Shown: positions 50,207 to 59,442 of the stretch, in pieces
Layout: every line of letters starts with the position of its first letter
How positions within the stretch are numbered: the first letter of the stretch is position 1
Source: Thermodesulfobacteriota bacterium
GTDB taxonomy: Bacteria > Desulfobacterota > Desulfarculia > JACQYL01
Direction: 5' to 3'
DNA length: 64,000 nucleotides
Assembly: GCA_963675595.2 (NCBI GenBank)
Contig: CAXXLZ010000002.1
Coordinates: forward strand, 2,656,001 to 2,720,000
Program-made: the position numbers and the translations under genes
Notes under the pieces: model-generated
Seen by the model: only the letters and a program-made list of their open reading frames with translations
Told to the model about the DNA's origin: nothing
Database searches by the model: none

Positions 50207-52033
50207 TCACTGCGATCTGTGGTCGATATAGTAACAACTGCCTTGGAGACTCTTGGCCTTCTTTTTCACTTCGGAGGCCACGGAAACCAGGTGGCCGTAG
50301 GAAGAAAATTTTCGGGCGCTCGTTGAAACCACCCCGATGGACACGGACAACAAGGGGAAAGTCTGTAGGCAACCCTTGCGATCGTAACTTCGGTAGTACC
50401 CCAGCCTGGCCGCATCCTCTCCGTGAAACCTTTTGATGTCGTGATCGAACCTTTCTATGACCATTTCACAGAGGGACTCGATGCCCGACGTGCGACAAAC
50501 CGCGACGAAATCGTCCCCGCCCACATGCCCGACGAAACCACGAGGGTCCCACTGAGAGAGACTCTCTTTGAGCAGGGTTCCAAAGAACCGGATCACCCGG
50601 TCCCCCTCCTCGAAGCCGAAACTGTCGTTGAACGGCTTGAAGTTGTCCAAATCAAAATACACGACCGCGAAAACCTGATTGGTGTTCAACCGGTTAAGAA
50701 TCTCCTCCTTGATCAGGTTGTTACCGGGGAGTGCGGTGAGAGGGTTGGCTTCCATGGCGAGGTTGATCTTCTGTTCCGTGATTCTCTCCAGAATATGATA
50801 AATCTTGACGACTCCGAGATAAGCTCCGTTCCGAACCACGATAACATCATCGTATACCGAGTTTTCATCCCGGGCCAATACGCGCCTGGAGACGTCCTCA
50901 AGAGGTGTGCTGAACTCGAAAATCAAGGCGTTTTCCATGATGGACCGAGTGGGTTTTCTGAAAAACAGATCGTACCCGAATCGCTGACCGAGCTGATAGA
51001 AAAGTTTGGCTTTGTGGATCACTCCCACAGGAGCGCGTTGGTTGAGCACGGGCAGCGCCGAAAGATCCGGGTCCGTTTTAAAACGCTCCGCCACCTCCGC
51101 CACGTTGGTATCAGCCTCCACCGGGTCTATAAACTGGACCAGAGAACCCACCAGGTTGCCGCTGTTCCCACTCGAATCCTTGTACCGCTGGGAGAGCGCG
51201 GCCGGGAATGAATTCTTTTCCTCTCGGGTGTAGAGCTTTTCGGACGGACGAGCCAGATAGTAACCTTGCCCCAAATCCACCTTCATAGAGGATACGATTT
51301 CGAGTTCTTCCTTGGTTTCTATGCCCTCGGCCACCACCAGGGCATTGATCTTATGGCAGAAGCAAACCATGGCCTCGAGAAGCATCATCTTTTTGGTGGA
51401 TTGGTGAATGTTCGAAATGAGAAAACGATCAATCTTCACCATGGAGGGCTCGATCTGAGCCAGCATTTTGAGCCCCGCATAGCCTGATCCCAAATCGTCG
51501 ATGGCGATTTTGAATCCTTGACGCCGATAGTAGTCCACCGTCTTGGTGAACAGCTCATTGTTCCGAATGTAGAACCGCTCGGTCAGCTCCAGCACGACGC
51601 GGTCACGCACCTCGTAGAGCTCCCTCATGGGAAACACGATTTCTCCGGCGTCGTCGTCGGGGAAGCGAAGGATCGAAGGACAAATGTTGAGGGACAAGAT
51701 GGTATCCATCCCGAGCTCCGCAGCTCGGGTCAGCGCCTTGGAACTGCAAAGCAGTTCGAGCTCCGGAGTCAGCTTGAAACGCAGGGCGGCCTGAAAAAGC
51801 CCGTCGGGACCCGAGAAGGGGGATGGCCCTTTGATCCTGCTGAGAGCTTCATAACCATAGACCTCACCTGTTTGAAGGTGGAAAATGGGTTGGAATACGG
51901 TATTTATTCGGCCATTCCCGATGATGTCCCGAAGAGCCTCATATTCCTCCTGATCCGAATCGGAAAGCGGAATTGCGGACAAACCGGGTTGACCATAATA
52001 GGCGGCAGGAATCATGCGAATGGAGGAGGTCAT
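50207..52033 (-). CDS. EAL-CBS-GGDEF c-di-GMP phosphodiesterase/cyclase
   Basis: YEALSR, IDDLGSGY, AEGIE and GQGY motifs, a CBS pair, and DLDNFK...GHVGGDDF. Confidence 0.93.
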   Translation of the reverse strand: MTSSIRMIPAAYYGQPGLSAIPLSDSDQEEYEALRDIIGNGRINTVFQPIFHLQTGEVYGYEALSRIKGPSPFSGPDGLFQAALRFKLTPELELLCSSKALTRAAELGMDTILSLNICPSILRFPDDDAGEIVFPMRELYEVRDRVVLELTERFYIRNNELFTKTVDYYRRQGFKIAIDDLGSGYAGLKMLAQIEPSMVKIDRFLISNIHQSTKKMMLLEAMVCFCHKINALVVAEGIETKEELEIVSSMKVDLGQGYYLARPSEKLYTREEKNSFPAALSQRYKDSSGNSGNLVGSLVQFIDPVEADTNVAEVAERFKTDPDLSALPVLNQRAPVGVIHKAKLFYQLGQRFGYDLFFRKPTRSIMENALIFEFSTPLEDVSRRVLARDENSVYDDVIVVRNGAYLGVVKIYHILERITEQKINLAMEANPLTALPGNNLIKEEILNRLNTNQVFAVVYFDLDNFKPFNDSFGFEEGDRVIRFFGTLLKESLSQWDPRGFVGHVGGDDFVAVCRTSGIESLCEMVIERFDHDIKRFHGEDAARLGYYRSYDRKGCLQTFPLLSVSIGVVSTSARKFSSYGHLVSVASEVKKKAKSLQGSCYYIDHRSQ

Positions 52034-52160
52034 GTAACAACGCCTTTTCCTGAGATTATCCAACTTCGAATAAAAAGACCTCAGATCAGTATTATCCGAA
52101 GCCGAACAAACTCAGTAACAGAAGGATATCAATGTTGTGTTACGACCCTGTGAATTCTTT

Positions 52161-52205
52161 GAACCGCGTATGCCGATCGAATCGCGTATGCCGATTGAAT
52201 CGCGT
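52161..52205. repeat. 18-bp tandem repeat, 2.5 copies
   Basis: GAACCGCGTATGCCGATC / GAATCGCGTATGCCGATT / GAATCGCGT. Confidence 0.8.
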
Positions 52206-52375
52206 TCCTTCTTGAAGCAAATCCCGCAGCCCTGTATCATTAGTCGAGCAGTATCCGTGGAGAACCACCAGCAGAAAAGCGTGACACCTTCGCGGATGTA
52301 AGACGGCTCGGGCGGGTCAACGGCAAACATCGTTGACCGACCGACCGGTTCCTTTCGCAACGGGGAGAAGCTTCA

Positions 52376-52864
52376 GTGACGAAAAAACGTTGGACGGCGA
52401 ATGCACGGCTCTTTTTGGGCGCGATCACCCTGGCTCTCATGATTTCCACCACGCCTCTTTTCGCTCAATCGGGCGCTTCCGATCAGGCTCCGATGAAACC
52501 GGAACATCCGGTTCACATTTCCAGCGTCTCCCTCCAAGAAGGATACGGCAGCGATACCGTACTTCTGGTCATTTTGATGGATTCGGTCATCGAACCCAAA
52601 ATCTTCTACCTCGAAGACCCTCCCAGAGTAGTCGTGGACGTGGCCTCCGCGTATTCGCCCGATCTGCCGAGGCAAATCGTTCCCGAAAACCAAGACGTAA
52701 TCCGCGCGGTCAGAATCGGCGTGCACAAAGACAAACTTCTGACCAGATTCGTACTTGACCTGGAAACGACCCGCACCTACGAAGCTTCTTCTTTTGTATA
52801 TAGTCCCGATAGAAACGGAAGCACCGCAAAGCTGGTGGTCAAGGTAACGAGACTACCCGATTGA
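52376..52864 (+). CDS. Secreted AMIN-domain protein
   Basis: Signal peptide, LEDPPRVVVD and VRIG...TRFVLDL motifs. Confidence 0.85.
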   Translation: MTKKRWTANARLFLGAITLALMISTTPLFAQSGASDQAPMKPEHPVHISSVSLQEGYGSDTVLLVILMDSVIEPKIFYLEDPPRVVVDVASAYSPDLPRQIVPENQDVIRAVRIGVHKDKLLTRFVLDLETTRTYEASSFVYSPDRNGSTAKLVVKVTRLPD

Positions 52865-52970
52865 GGCCCGTCAATTTCCGCGGATATGAGGGTGGAAAAA
52901 AACGGCCCGAGCTTCCCGCCGAAAAAGGCGGGGCAAGCCGGGCCGAATGAGGACTTTCCGGTAGGGCGAA

Positions 52971-54056
52971 TCACCCGTTGGTTCGGGCGAACTCCTTCAT
53001 GAACTGCACCAGAGACTCCACCGCGTCCATACGGGTGGCATTATAGATGGAGGCTCGGCATCCGCCCACGCTCCGATGGCCCTTGAGACCGCCAAGGCCG
53101 TTCTCCAGGGCGTCGGCCACGAATTTCTTCTCCAAGTCTTCGGAAGGCAGTCTGAAGGTCACGTTCATGAGAGAACGAGAGCCTTTGTCCGCCGTACCCC
53201 GATAATAGTCGGATTCATCGATTGTGGCGTAAAGCAGTTCGGCTTTCCTCCGGTTCAATGCATCGACACCCTCAAGTCCGCCGACGGTTTCTTCGAGCCA
53301 TTTGGCTACGAGCTGGACGGCGTAGATGGCGAAACAAGGGGGTGTATTGTACATGGAATCCTTTTCCACGTAAGTCGAGTACTTGAGCATGGAAGGAAGA
53401 GACTCCGGCGTACGGGCCGTCATATCGTCGCGAATGATCACCAGCGTCACTCCGGCGGGGCCGAGGTTCTTCTGGGCACCGGCGTAAATCAAACCAAAGG
53501 GGGTCGGGTCGAAAGGACGGCTGAGAATGTCGGAAGACATGTCGGCCACCAGAGGCACACTCCCCGTATCCGGGAATCGATGCCACTGCGTGCCCTTGAT
53601 CGTGTTGTTGCTGGTGATGTGGCAATAGGCCGCTTGGGGATCCAATTTCAGTTCCTCGGGAATGTACGCGTAGTCCCGATCACCGCTGCCTGCCGCGACA
53701 TTGACGTTCTTGCCGAGGTTCTTGGCTTCCTTCAGCGCCTTGGTGGACCACGTGCCCGTGTCGACATAGTCCACTGCGGTATTCTCGGCGGCGAGATTCA
53801 TGGGTACCATGCAGAACTGCATACTGGCGCCGCCCTGGACGAAAATGATTTTGAAGTTGTCCGGTAATTTCAGGAGACGGGTGATCCTGGCTTTCGCATC
53901 CTGAACCACATCATCGAAAACCTTGGATCGATGGCTGATTTCGACGATGGACATACCCGTGCCTTTGAAGTCCAAGAATTCGGAACGGATTTCCTCCAAG
54001 ACGGGCAAAGGCAATGCCGCGGGGCCGGCGTTGAAATTAGAAATTCGGTGAACCAT
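52971..54056 (-). CDS. serC: Phosphoserine aminotransferase
   Basis: NFNAGPA, SHRS, GAQKN and GHRSVGGCRASIYN motifs. Confidence 0.97.
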   Translation of the reverse strand: MVHRISNFNAGPAALPLPVLEEIRSEFLDFKGTGMSIVEISHRSKVFDDVVQDAKARITRLLKLPDNFKIIFVQGGASMQFCMVPMNLAAENTAVDYVDTGTWSTKALKEAKNLGKNVNVAAGSGDRDYAYIPEELKLDPQAAYCHITSNNTIKGTQWHRFPDTGSVPLVADMSSDILSRPFDPTPFGLIYAGAQKNLGPAGVTLVIIRDDMTARTPESLPSMLKYSTYVEKDSMYNTPPCFAIYAVQLVAKWLEETVGGLEGVDALNRRKAELLYATIDESDYYRGTADKGSRSLMNVTFRLPSEDLEKKFVADALENGLGGLKGHRSVGGCRASIYNATRMDAVESLVQFMKEFARTNG

Positions 54057-54276
54057 GGGAAACCTCCAAACCAATTCGGTATAATGAAAATAGAAACGCC
54101 GTGCCGTGCGCGCGTTTGGGAACCTTCAACGAAATGTTCCTTCCGCGTACGGCAAGGCAGGAAAAAGCTGAGCCCGGGTTTCTCCCGGGAAAGATTCATT
54201 GGAGAGCCCGGCCGGGGCCTGAAGTGTCCGGCACGCTTCACCCCGACGAAATCATGAAAATTTAAAATGAGGGATG

Positions 54277-54305
54277 AATGTAGGGGGAACGGATTGGGTT
54301 GTCAA
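54277..54305 (-). promoter_or_regulatory. sigma70 promoter for serC
   Basis: TTGACA-17 nt-TACATT on the minus strand. Confidence 0.55.
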
Positions 54306-54552
54306 CTCCAAAAAGGCTGAGAGAGGCTGCTCCACCGTAAACGGACTCAAAGACTATTGGACTTGACACCCAAACGCACGGCTGGTTTTATTACTAGACA
54401 TAACTCTTTTCATATAGGTGCCCGTCCCTAAAGGAGCGAACACCTCCCACTATACGTGGAAGAGAAGCCCCCGGAGTCGGGCCCGGTCCGTTTGTCGTTT
54501 TCAAAACGGCAACGACGCCGCCGTTCACCAAGCCTTTGAAGTGGTAAGCCAC

Positions 54553-55665
54553 ATGAGAAAATCAGTCAGCATCCTTTCTATTCTTCTGATTGCGGCTCTT
54601 CTATCGACCGTCGGCGCCGCGGCGTCCTCAGACGACCCGGCCGACGCGGGGCGCGCCTTTCCCAAGATGGTTTTCCAGACACCGCAAGCCCCCGAAGACC
54701 GGGCGTACTTGGGACTCCCCGATCGTGATCGGTTCAGCATAGGTGAAGTGAAAGCGGGCTTGGTGGTGATCGAGATACTGAACGTATACTGCATCAGTTG
54801 CCAAAAGCAGGTGCCTTTGTACAACAAGCTCTTCGAGTTCATCCAAGATAATGCGGACATGAAGGACAGCATCAAAATCATGGCCGTGGCTGCGGGAAAC
54901 GACGCCTCGGAAATTCAAGAGTTCCGGCAATCCCTCGGGGTAAAATTCCCGGTGATCCCCGACCCGGATTTCACGACCTATGAGCTGCTGAATGTGGGCG
55001 AAACGCCCTATTCCCTTTTCGTCCATCCGGACCCTTTCACCGGAATGGGCACCATTGCCGGCACACATAAAGGCGCCATCTTCGGGCTGAAGAGCTTTGT
55101 GGTTAATCTCAAGAAAATGGCCGAGGCCGAAGGCCCCGTTGAAAAGAGTTCCACCGAGTCCCAAAAGGGCTCCTTCCTCACTTTCGAATCCGTGATCTCG
55201 AAGACGGAGCTCGAAAAAAAGCTCCGAACGATCTTCGAGAAGTTGGGAGACGTGACGGCGATCCGGGAGTATAAGAAGGAAACCCGGTTTCCCGTGTACT
55301 CCGCGGAGCTGAGCACGGGAGGGAAGACGCATGAATATTACGCAGTGGTGGTTTCCAGGCCCGTGCCGTGCGACTTGTGCCACGACGTGCATTTCGTCTA
55401 CGTGTTTGATGCGGACGGTATCGTCGTTGCGTTGGAACCGCTACAGCTGCGCAAGTACGGCAATGAACCGTTTTCCGAAGAGGACACGGCCAAACTGCGT
55501 TCCAGGATCGTGGGCCGACCCCTGGCGGACCTGACCAAATTCCATCCCGAGGTCGACGCCGTATCTTCAGCCACGATCACTTGTTCCGTGCTCTTCAACA
55601 GTCTGGCCAAAGGCGACGCGCTGTTTCACGCCATCAAGGACAGCGGCGGGTTCCAAGCCCCCTGA
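54553..55665 (+). CDS. Exported TlpA/peroxiredoxin-like thioredoxin-fold protein fused to a CxxCH/FMN-binding-like domain
   Basis: Signal peptide, YCISC, cis-Pro loop GETPY, CDLCH and DAVSSATIT. Confidence 0.8.
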   Translation: MRKSVSILSILLIAALLSTVGAAASSDDPADAGRAFPKMVFQTPQAPEDRAYLGLPDRDRFSIGEVKAGLVVIEILNVYCISCQKQVPLYNKLFEFIQDNADMKDSIKIMAVAAGNDASEIQEFRQSLGVKFPVIPDPDFTTYELLNVGETPYSLFVHPDPFTGMGTIAGTHKGAIFGLKSFVVNLKKMAEAEGPVEKSSTESQKGSFLTFESVISKTELEKKLRTIFEKLGDVTAIREYKKETRFPVYSAELSTGGKTHEYYAVVVSRPVPCDLCHDVHFVYVFDADGIVVALEPLQLRKYGNEPFSEEDTAKLRSRIVGRPLADLTKFHPEVDAVSSATITCSVLFNSLAKGDALFHAIKDSGGFQAP

Positions 55666-55730
55666 AGCACCCTTTTTCTTAAAAAACCACATAGACATCC
55701 CCACCAACCGTCGCGGGAAAACCTTTCCGT

Positions 55731-55770
55731 CCGTCATTTTTTTGTCACATTTGTGTGATAAGTTTGTAAC
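55731..55770 (+). promoter_or_regulatory. Pho box array upstream of pstS
   Basis: 11-bp-phased heptamers CCGTCAT, TTGTCAC, GTGTGAT and TTGTAAC with AT-rich 4-nt spacers. Confidence 0.75.
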
Positions 55771-55854
55771 CCTATGAGCATATCTTCGCCTTGTTCTCAG
55801 CGCTCCCAAATTAGAAGTTCAATTCAATGGAAAAACGACAAGGAGGAAAGAGTT

Positions 55855-56673
55855 ATGAGAAGTAAATGGTTGGCGGCGTTGATCTGCTTGGCGGGTTTGC
55901 TTGCCTTTACCGGCCTGGCGATCGCGGGGGAGAATTTGGTGGTGAAGGGTTCCACCACGGTTCTGCCCATCGGCCAGAAAGCCGCTGAAGTGTTCATGAA
56001 AGCCCATCCGGACGTTAACATCAGTGTATCCGGCGGCGGCAGCGGAAACGGCATCAAGGCCATCCTCGACGGCAGCTGCGACATCGCCATGGCGTCCCGA
56101 TTCGTAAAGGCTAAAGAAGTGGCGCTGGCCGCGGAAAAGAAGATTCATCTGGTCCCCCATCGCGTGGCCGTGGACTGCATCGTTCCCGTGGTTCATCCCG
56201 GCAACCCCCTCAAAGACATCACTCTTGAGATGCTCAAGAACATCTACACCGGCAAAGTAACCAATTGGAAGTCCGTCGGCGGCAATGACAAGCCCATCGT
56301 GGTGATCAGCCGCGACACGAGCTCCGGTACCTATGAAGTGTGGCACGAGAAGGTTCTCGAAAAAGAACGCGTCATGCCGGGTGCTCTGCTTCAGGCTTCC
56401 AACGGCGCCGTTGCCCAGGCCGTGGCCAAGAATCCCTACGCCATCGGCTACGTGGGTATCGGCTATGTCAACAAAGACCTCAAGGGCCTCGAAGTGAACG
56501 GCATCACGGCGTCCGCGGCTTCCGCCATGAACGGCTCCTACCCGATCTCTCGAGCTCTCTTCATGTTCACCAACGGCTGGCCCGAAGGCGTGACCATGTC
56601 CTACCTCAACTTCATTCTGAGCCCCGACGGCCAGAAAATGGTTGAAGAAGAGGGATTTGTTCCTCTGTACTAA
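55855..56673 (+). CDS. pstS: Phosphate ABC transporter substrate-binding protein
   Basis: GSTTV, GGGSGNG and SRDTSSGT motifs. Confidence 0.95.
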   Translation: MRSKWLAALICLAGLLAFTGLAIAGENLVVKGSTTVLPIGQKAAEVFMKAHPDVNISVSGGGSGNGIKAILDGSCDIAMASRFVKAKEVALAAEKKIHLVPHRVAVDCIVPVVHPGNPLKDITLEMLKNIYTGKVTNWKSVGGNDKPIVVISRDTSSGTYEVWHEKVLEKERVMPGALLQASNGAVAQAVAKNPYAIGYVGIGYVNKDLKGLEVNGITASAASAMNGSYPISRALFMFTNGWPEGVTMSYLNFILSPDGQKMVEEEGFVPLY

Positions 56674-56744
56674 TCTGCGCGCATAAAAGGAGCGAGGCCG
56701 CTCAAGGCGGCCTCCCCCCCCTTTTCACGCTTCATGGAAGTGGA

Positions 56745-57761
56745 ATGAAAAACGGCATATCGGCCCAAAAGACCACCGCGAAACCGATGGAGTTCTCTCC
56801 AGGCACGGCTGAAACCCGAAGTTCAAAGAAGGATTCGGCTGCACGCCGTTCCGATACCTCCCTGGACCAGGGCGGGAGTAGACGGCGGAAAGAGAAAATC
56901 ATCCGGAGCGTTTTTTTCATCACCGCCCTGGCGTCCATCACCACCCTGGGCCTTATCATGCTGTTTCTCTTCAAGGAAGGGATTCCCATCTTCAAGGTGG
57001 TCGGCGTCGGAGATTTCCTCTTCGGCCGCGAATGGTATCCCACCGACGATCCCGCCGCCTTCGGAATCTATCCCTTGATCATCGCATCACTGGCCGTCAT
57101 CGGGGTAGCGTGTATCGGAGCCATCCCGTTGGGCGTTATGACCGCCATTTTCATCGCGGAGATTGCCGGCAGGCGCACCAAAGAAATTTTGAAACCGGTC
57201 GTCGAGCTTCTGGCTTCCCTGCCCTCGGTGGTCATCGGTTTCATCGGCATGGTCATTGTGGCGCCCGCACTCCAACAACTCTTCGACATCCCCACGGGCC
57301 TCAACTTGTTCAACGCTGCATTGATGCTGTGCACCATGAGTGTTCCCACCATATGCAGTATATCGGAAGACGCCATCTATTCCGTACCCAGAGAATTGAG
57401 GGAGGCGTCTCTTGCCTTGGGCGCCACCCAGTGGGAAACTATTTATCGGGTCGTTATTCCCGCGTCTTTGTCCGGTATCGCCACCTCCATCATCCTCGGA
57501 ATCTCAAGAGCCGTCGGTGAAACCATGGTGGTGCTCATGGTGGCCGGGGGGGCGGCCATGATCCCCACGAGCATTTTCGACCCCGTACGCCCCATGCCGG
57601 CGAGTATTGCTGCGGAAATGGGAGAAGCTCCGTTTCAGAGCGAACACTATCACGCGCTTTTCGCCACTGGGATCATCCTTTTCCTAATGACTTTTGCGTT
57701 CAACATCATCGCCGACCAGATTTCCCACCGATATAAACAAGTCGGGTCCGCTACATTGTGA
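56745..57761 (+). CDS. pstC: Phosphate ABC transporter permease (start uncertain)
   Basis: ELLASLPSVVIG, EASLALGAT and RAVGETM motifs. Confidence 0.95.
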   Translation: MKNGISAQKTTAKPMEFSPGTAETRSSKKDSAARRSDTSLDQGGSRRRKEKIIRSVFFITALASITTLGLIMLFLFKEGIPIFKVVGVGDFLFGREWYPTDDPAAFGIYPLIIASLAVIGVACIGAIPLGVMTAIFIAEIAGRRTKEILKPVVELLASLPSVVIGFIGMVIVAPALQQLFDIPTGLNLFNAALMLCTMSVPTICSISEDAIYSVPRELREASLALGATQWETIYRVVIPASLSGIATSIILGISRAVGETMVVLMVAGGAAMIPTSIFDPVRPMPASIAAEMGEAPFQSEHYHALFATGIILFLMTFAFNIIADQISHRYKQVGSATL

Positions 57762-57771
57762 GTTGTAAGCC

Positions 57772-58635
57772 ATGTCCGAGCTGCGAGCGAGATATATAAA
57801 ACAGAAGATCGCCTTCGGCGTGATCAAGAGCGCGGCGACTCTGATCTGTCTGGCCTTGTTTTCCATGATAGGGTTCATCATTTATGAAGGGTGGACCGCC
57901 ATCAGTTGGACATTTCTCACGGAAGTCCCGCTGGACGCCATGACCCGGGGAGGAATCTATCCCGCCATCATAGGGACCCTATACCTGACCGTGGGCGCCG
58001 TCCTCATCGCACTCCCCGTTGGAGTGGCCTCGGCCGTCTATCTGAACGAATATTCCGGCGGAGGTAAAGTGGTTCGGATCATCCGTTTGGGAATCAACAA
58101 TCTGGCCGGTGTCCCTTCCGTGGTTTTCGGCTTGTTCGGACTGGGCCTTTTCGTGGTCTTCCTCGGTTTCGGATCGTGCATTCTTGCCGGCTCCCTAACC
58201 TTGGGATTTCTGATTCTGCCCGTGATCATCGGCACCTCCGAAGAAGCGTTAAAAAGCGTCCCCGAAACCTACCGTGAGGCTTCCCTGGCTCTCGGTGCCA
58301 CCAAGTGGCAAACCATACGCAAGGTGGTCCTTCCCGCCGCATTCCCCGGCATTCTCACCGGCTCCATCCTCGGCATCGGCAGAGCCGCCGGAGAGACGGC
58401 TCCCATCATGTTCACCGCCGCCACCTTCTACACGGCACGTCTTCCCGAATCCATTTTCGATGAGGTCATGGCGTTGCCTTACCACATTTACGTATTGGCC
58501 ACCGCGGGCACTCACATCGAAAAGACCCGGCCGCTCCAGTACGGTACGGCGCTGGTTCTCATCGCACTGGTGTTGGGCGTGAGTTTCATCGCGATTCTGC
58601 TTCGCTCTCGACTGCGCAGACAAAGAAACCTGTAG
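57772..58635 (+). CDS. pstA: Phosphate ABC transporter permease
   Basis: LAGVPSVVFG, EASLALGAT and GRAAGETAP motifs. Confidence 0.95.
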   Translation: MSELRARYIKQKIAFGVIKSAATLICLALFSMIGFIIYEGWTAISWTFLTEVPLDAMTRGGIYPAIIGTLYLTVGAVLIALPVGVASAVYLNEYSGGGKVVRIIRLGINNLAGVPSVVFGLFGLGLFVVFLGFGSCILAGSLTLGFLILPVIIGTSEEALKSVPETYREASLALGATKWQTIRKVVLPAAFPGILTGSILGIGRAAGETAPIMFTAATFYTARLPESIFDEVMALPYHIYVLATAGTHIEKTRPLQYGTALVLIALVLGVSFIAILLRSRLRRQRNL

Positions 58636-58747
58636 GTGGTCGTAACTCCTTTGAAGCTCTAATCGATGTTGCAGGAAGGAAGTCGAAATGTCTTTCGCGG
58701 ATTTCGGGGAGGAACTTCATCTCCGACCAACACTTGAGGGTAGACCT

Positions 58748-59431
58748 TTGGAACCAAGGCGAATATTGATAGTTGAGGACGAAGAAGACATCGCATCGTT
58801 GCTTGAATACCATTTCCAGAAGGCCGGATTTCGAACGGAAAAATCGGGAGACGGTGAATCGGCCATCAACGCCGTGACGAAACGACGGCCGGACCTTTTG
58901 GTGCTGGACCTCATGCTGCCCGGGATGGATGGACTCGAAGTCTGCAAAATGATACGAAAAGAAAAGGACACTCAGAATCTTCCCATCATCATGTTGACGG
59001 CCAAGGGAGATGAAGTCGACCGAATTGTCGGGCTCGAACTGGGTGCGGACGATTATGTGGTGAAGCCCTTCAGCCCCAGAGAGTTGATTCTGCGTGCCCG
59101 TGCGGTTCTCAAGCGTTCATCGGGCAAAGAAGACGAAACGGACCAAATCGACCTGGGCGCCGTCAAGATAGATATCGGATCTCACAAAGTGTGGGTCAAC
59201 TCAACCGACGTGTCTTTGACTTCCACTGAGTTCAACCTCTTGCTGACCCTTGTGAAACACCGGGGCAAGGTTCTCACCAGGGATCGGCTCCTGGATCTCG
59301 TTTGGGACTACCATTACGACGGATACGCCAGAACCGTGGATACCCATATCCGCAGGCTCCGTCAGAAAATGGGAGACGAGGGCTCCGCCATTGAAACGGT
59401 TTGGGGCGTCGGGTATCGTTACAAGGAATAA
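58748..59431 (+). CDS. phoB: OmpR/PhoB-family response regulator
   Basis: IVEDE, LDLMLP, GADDYVVKPF and TVDTHIRRLR motifs. Pst context. Confidence 0.9.
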   Translation: MEPRRILIVEDEEDIASLLEYHFQKAGFRTEKSGDGESAINAVTKRRPDLLVLDLMLPGMDGLEVCKMIRKEKDTQNLPIIMLTAKGDEVDRIVGLELGADDYVVKPFSPRELILRARAVLKRSSGKEDETDQIDLGAVKIDIGSHKVWVNSTDVSLTSTEFNLLLTLVKHRGKVLTRDRLLDLVWDYHYDGYARTVDTHIRRLRQKMGDEGSAIETVWGVGYRYKE

Positions 59432-59442
59432 CGGGGTCCCCC

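Noticed and set aside
54057-54552. Known riboswitch in the serC or thioredoxin-fusion leaders
   Set aside because: Hairpins are present, but I could not match glycine, SAM, c-di-GMP, cobalamin or other consensus motifs by eye. An Rfam scan would be needed.
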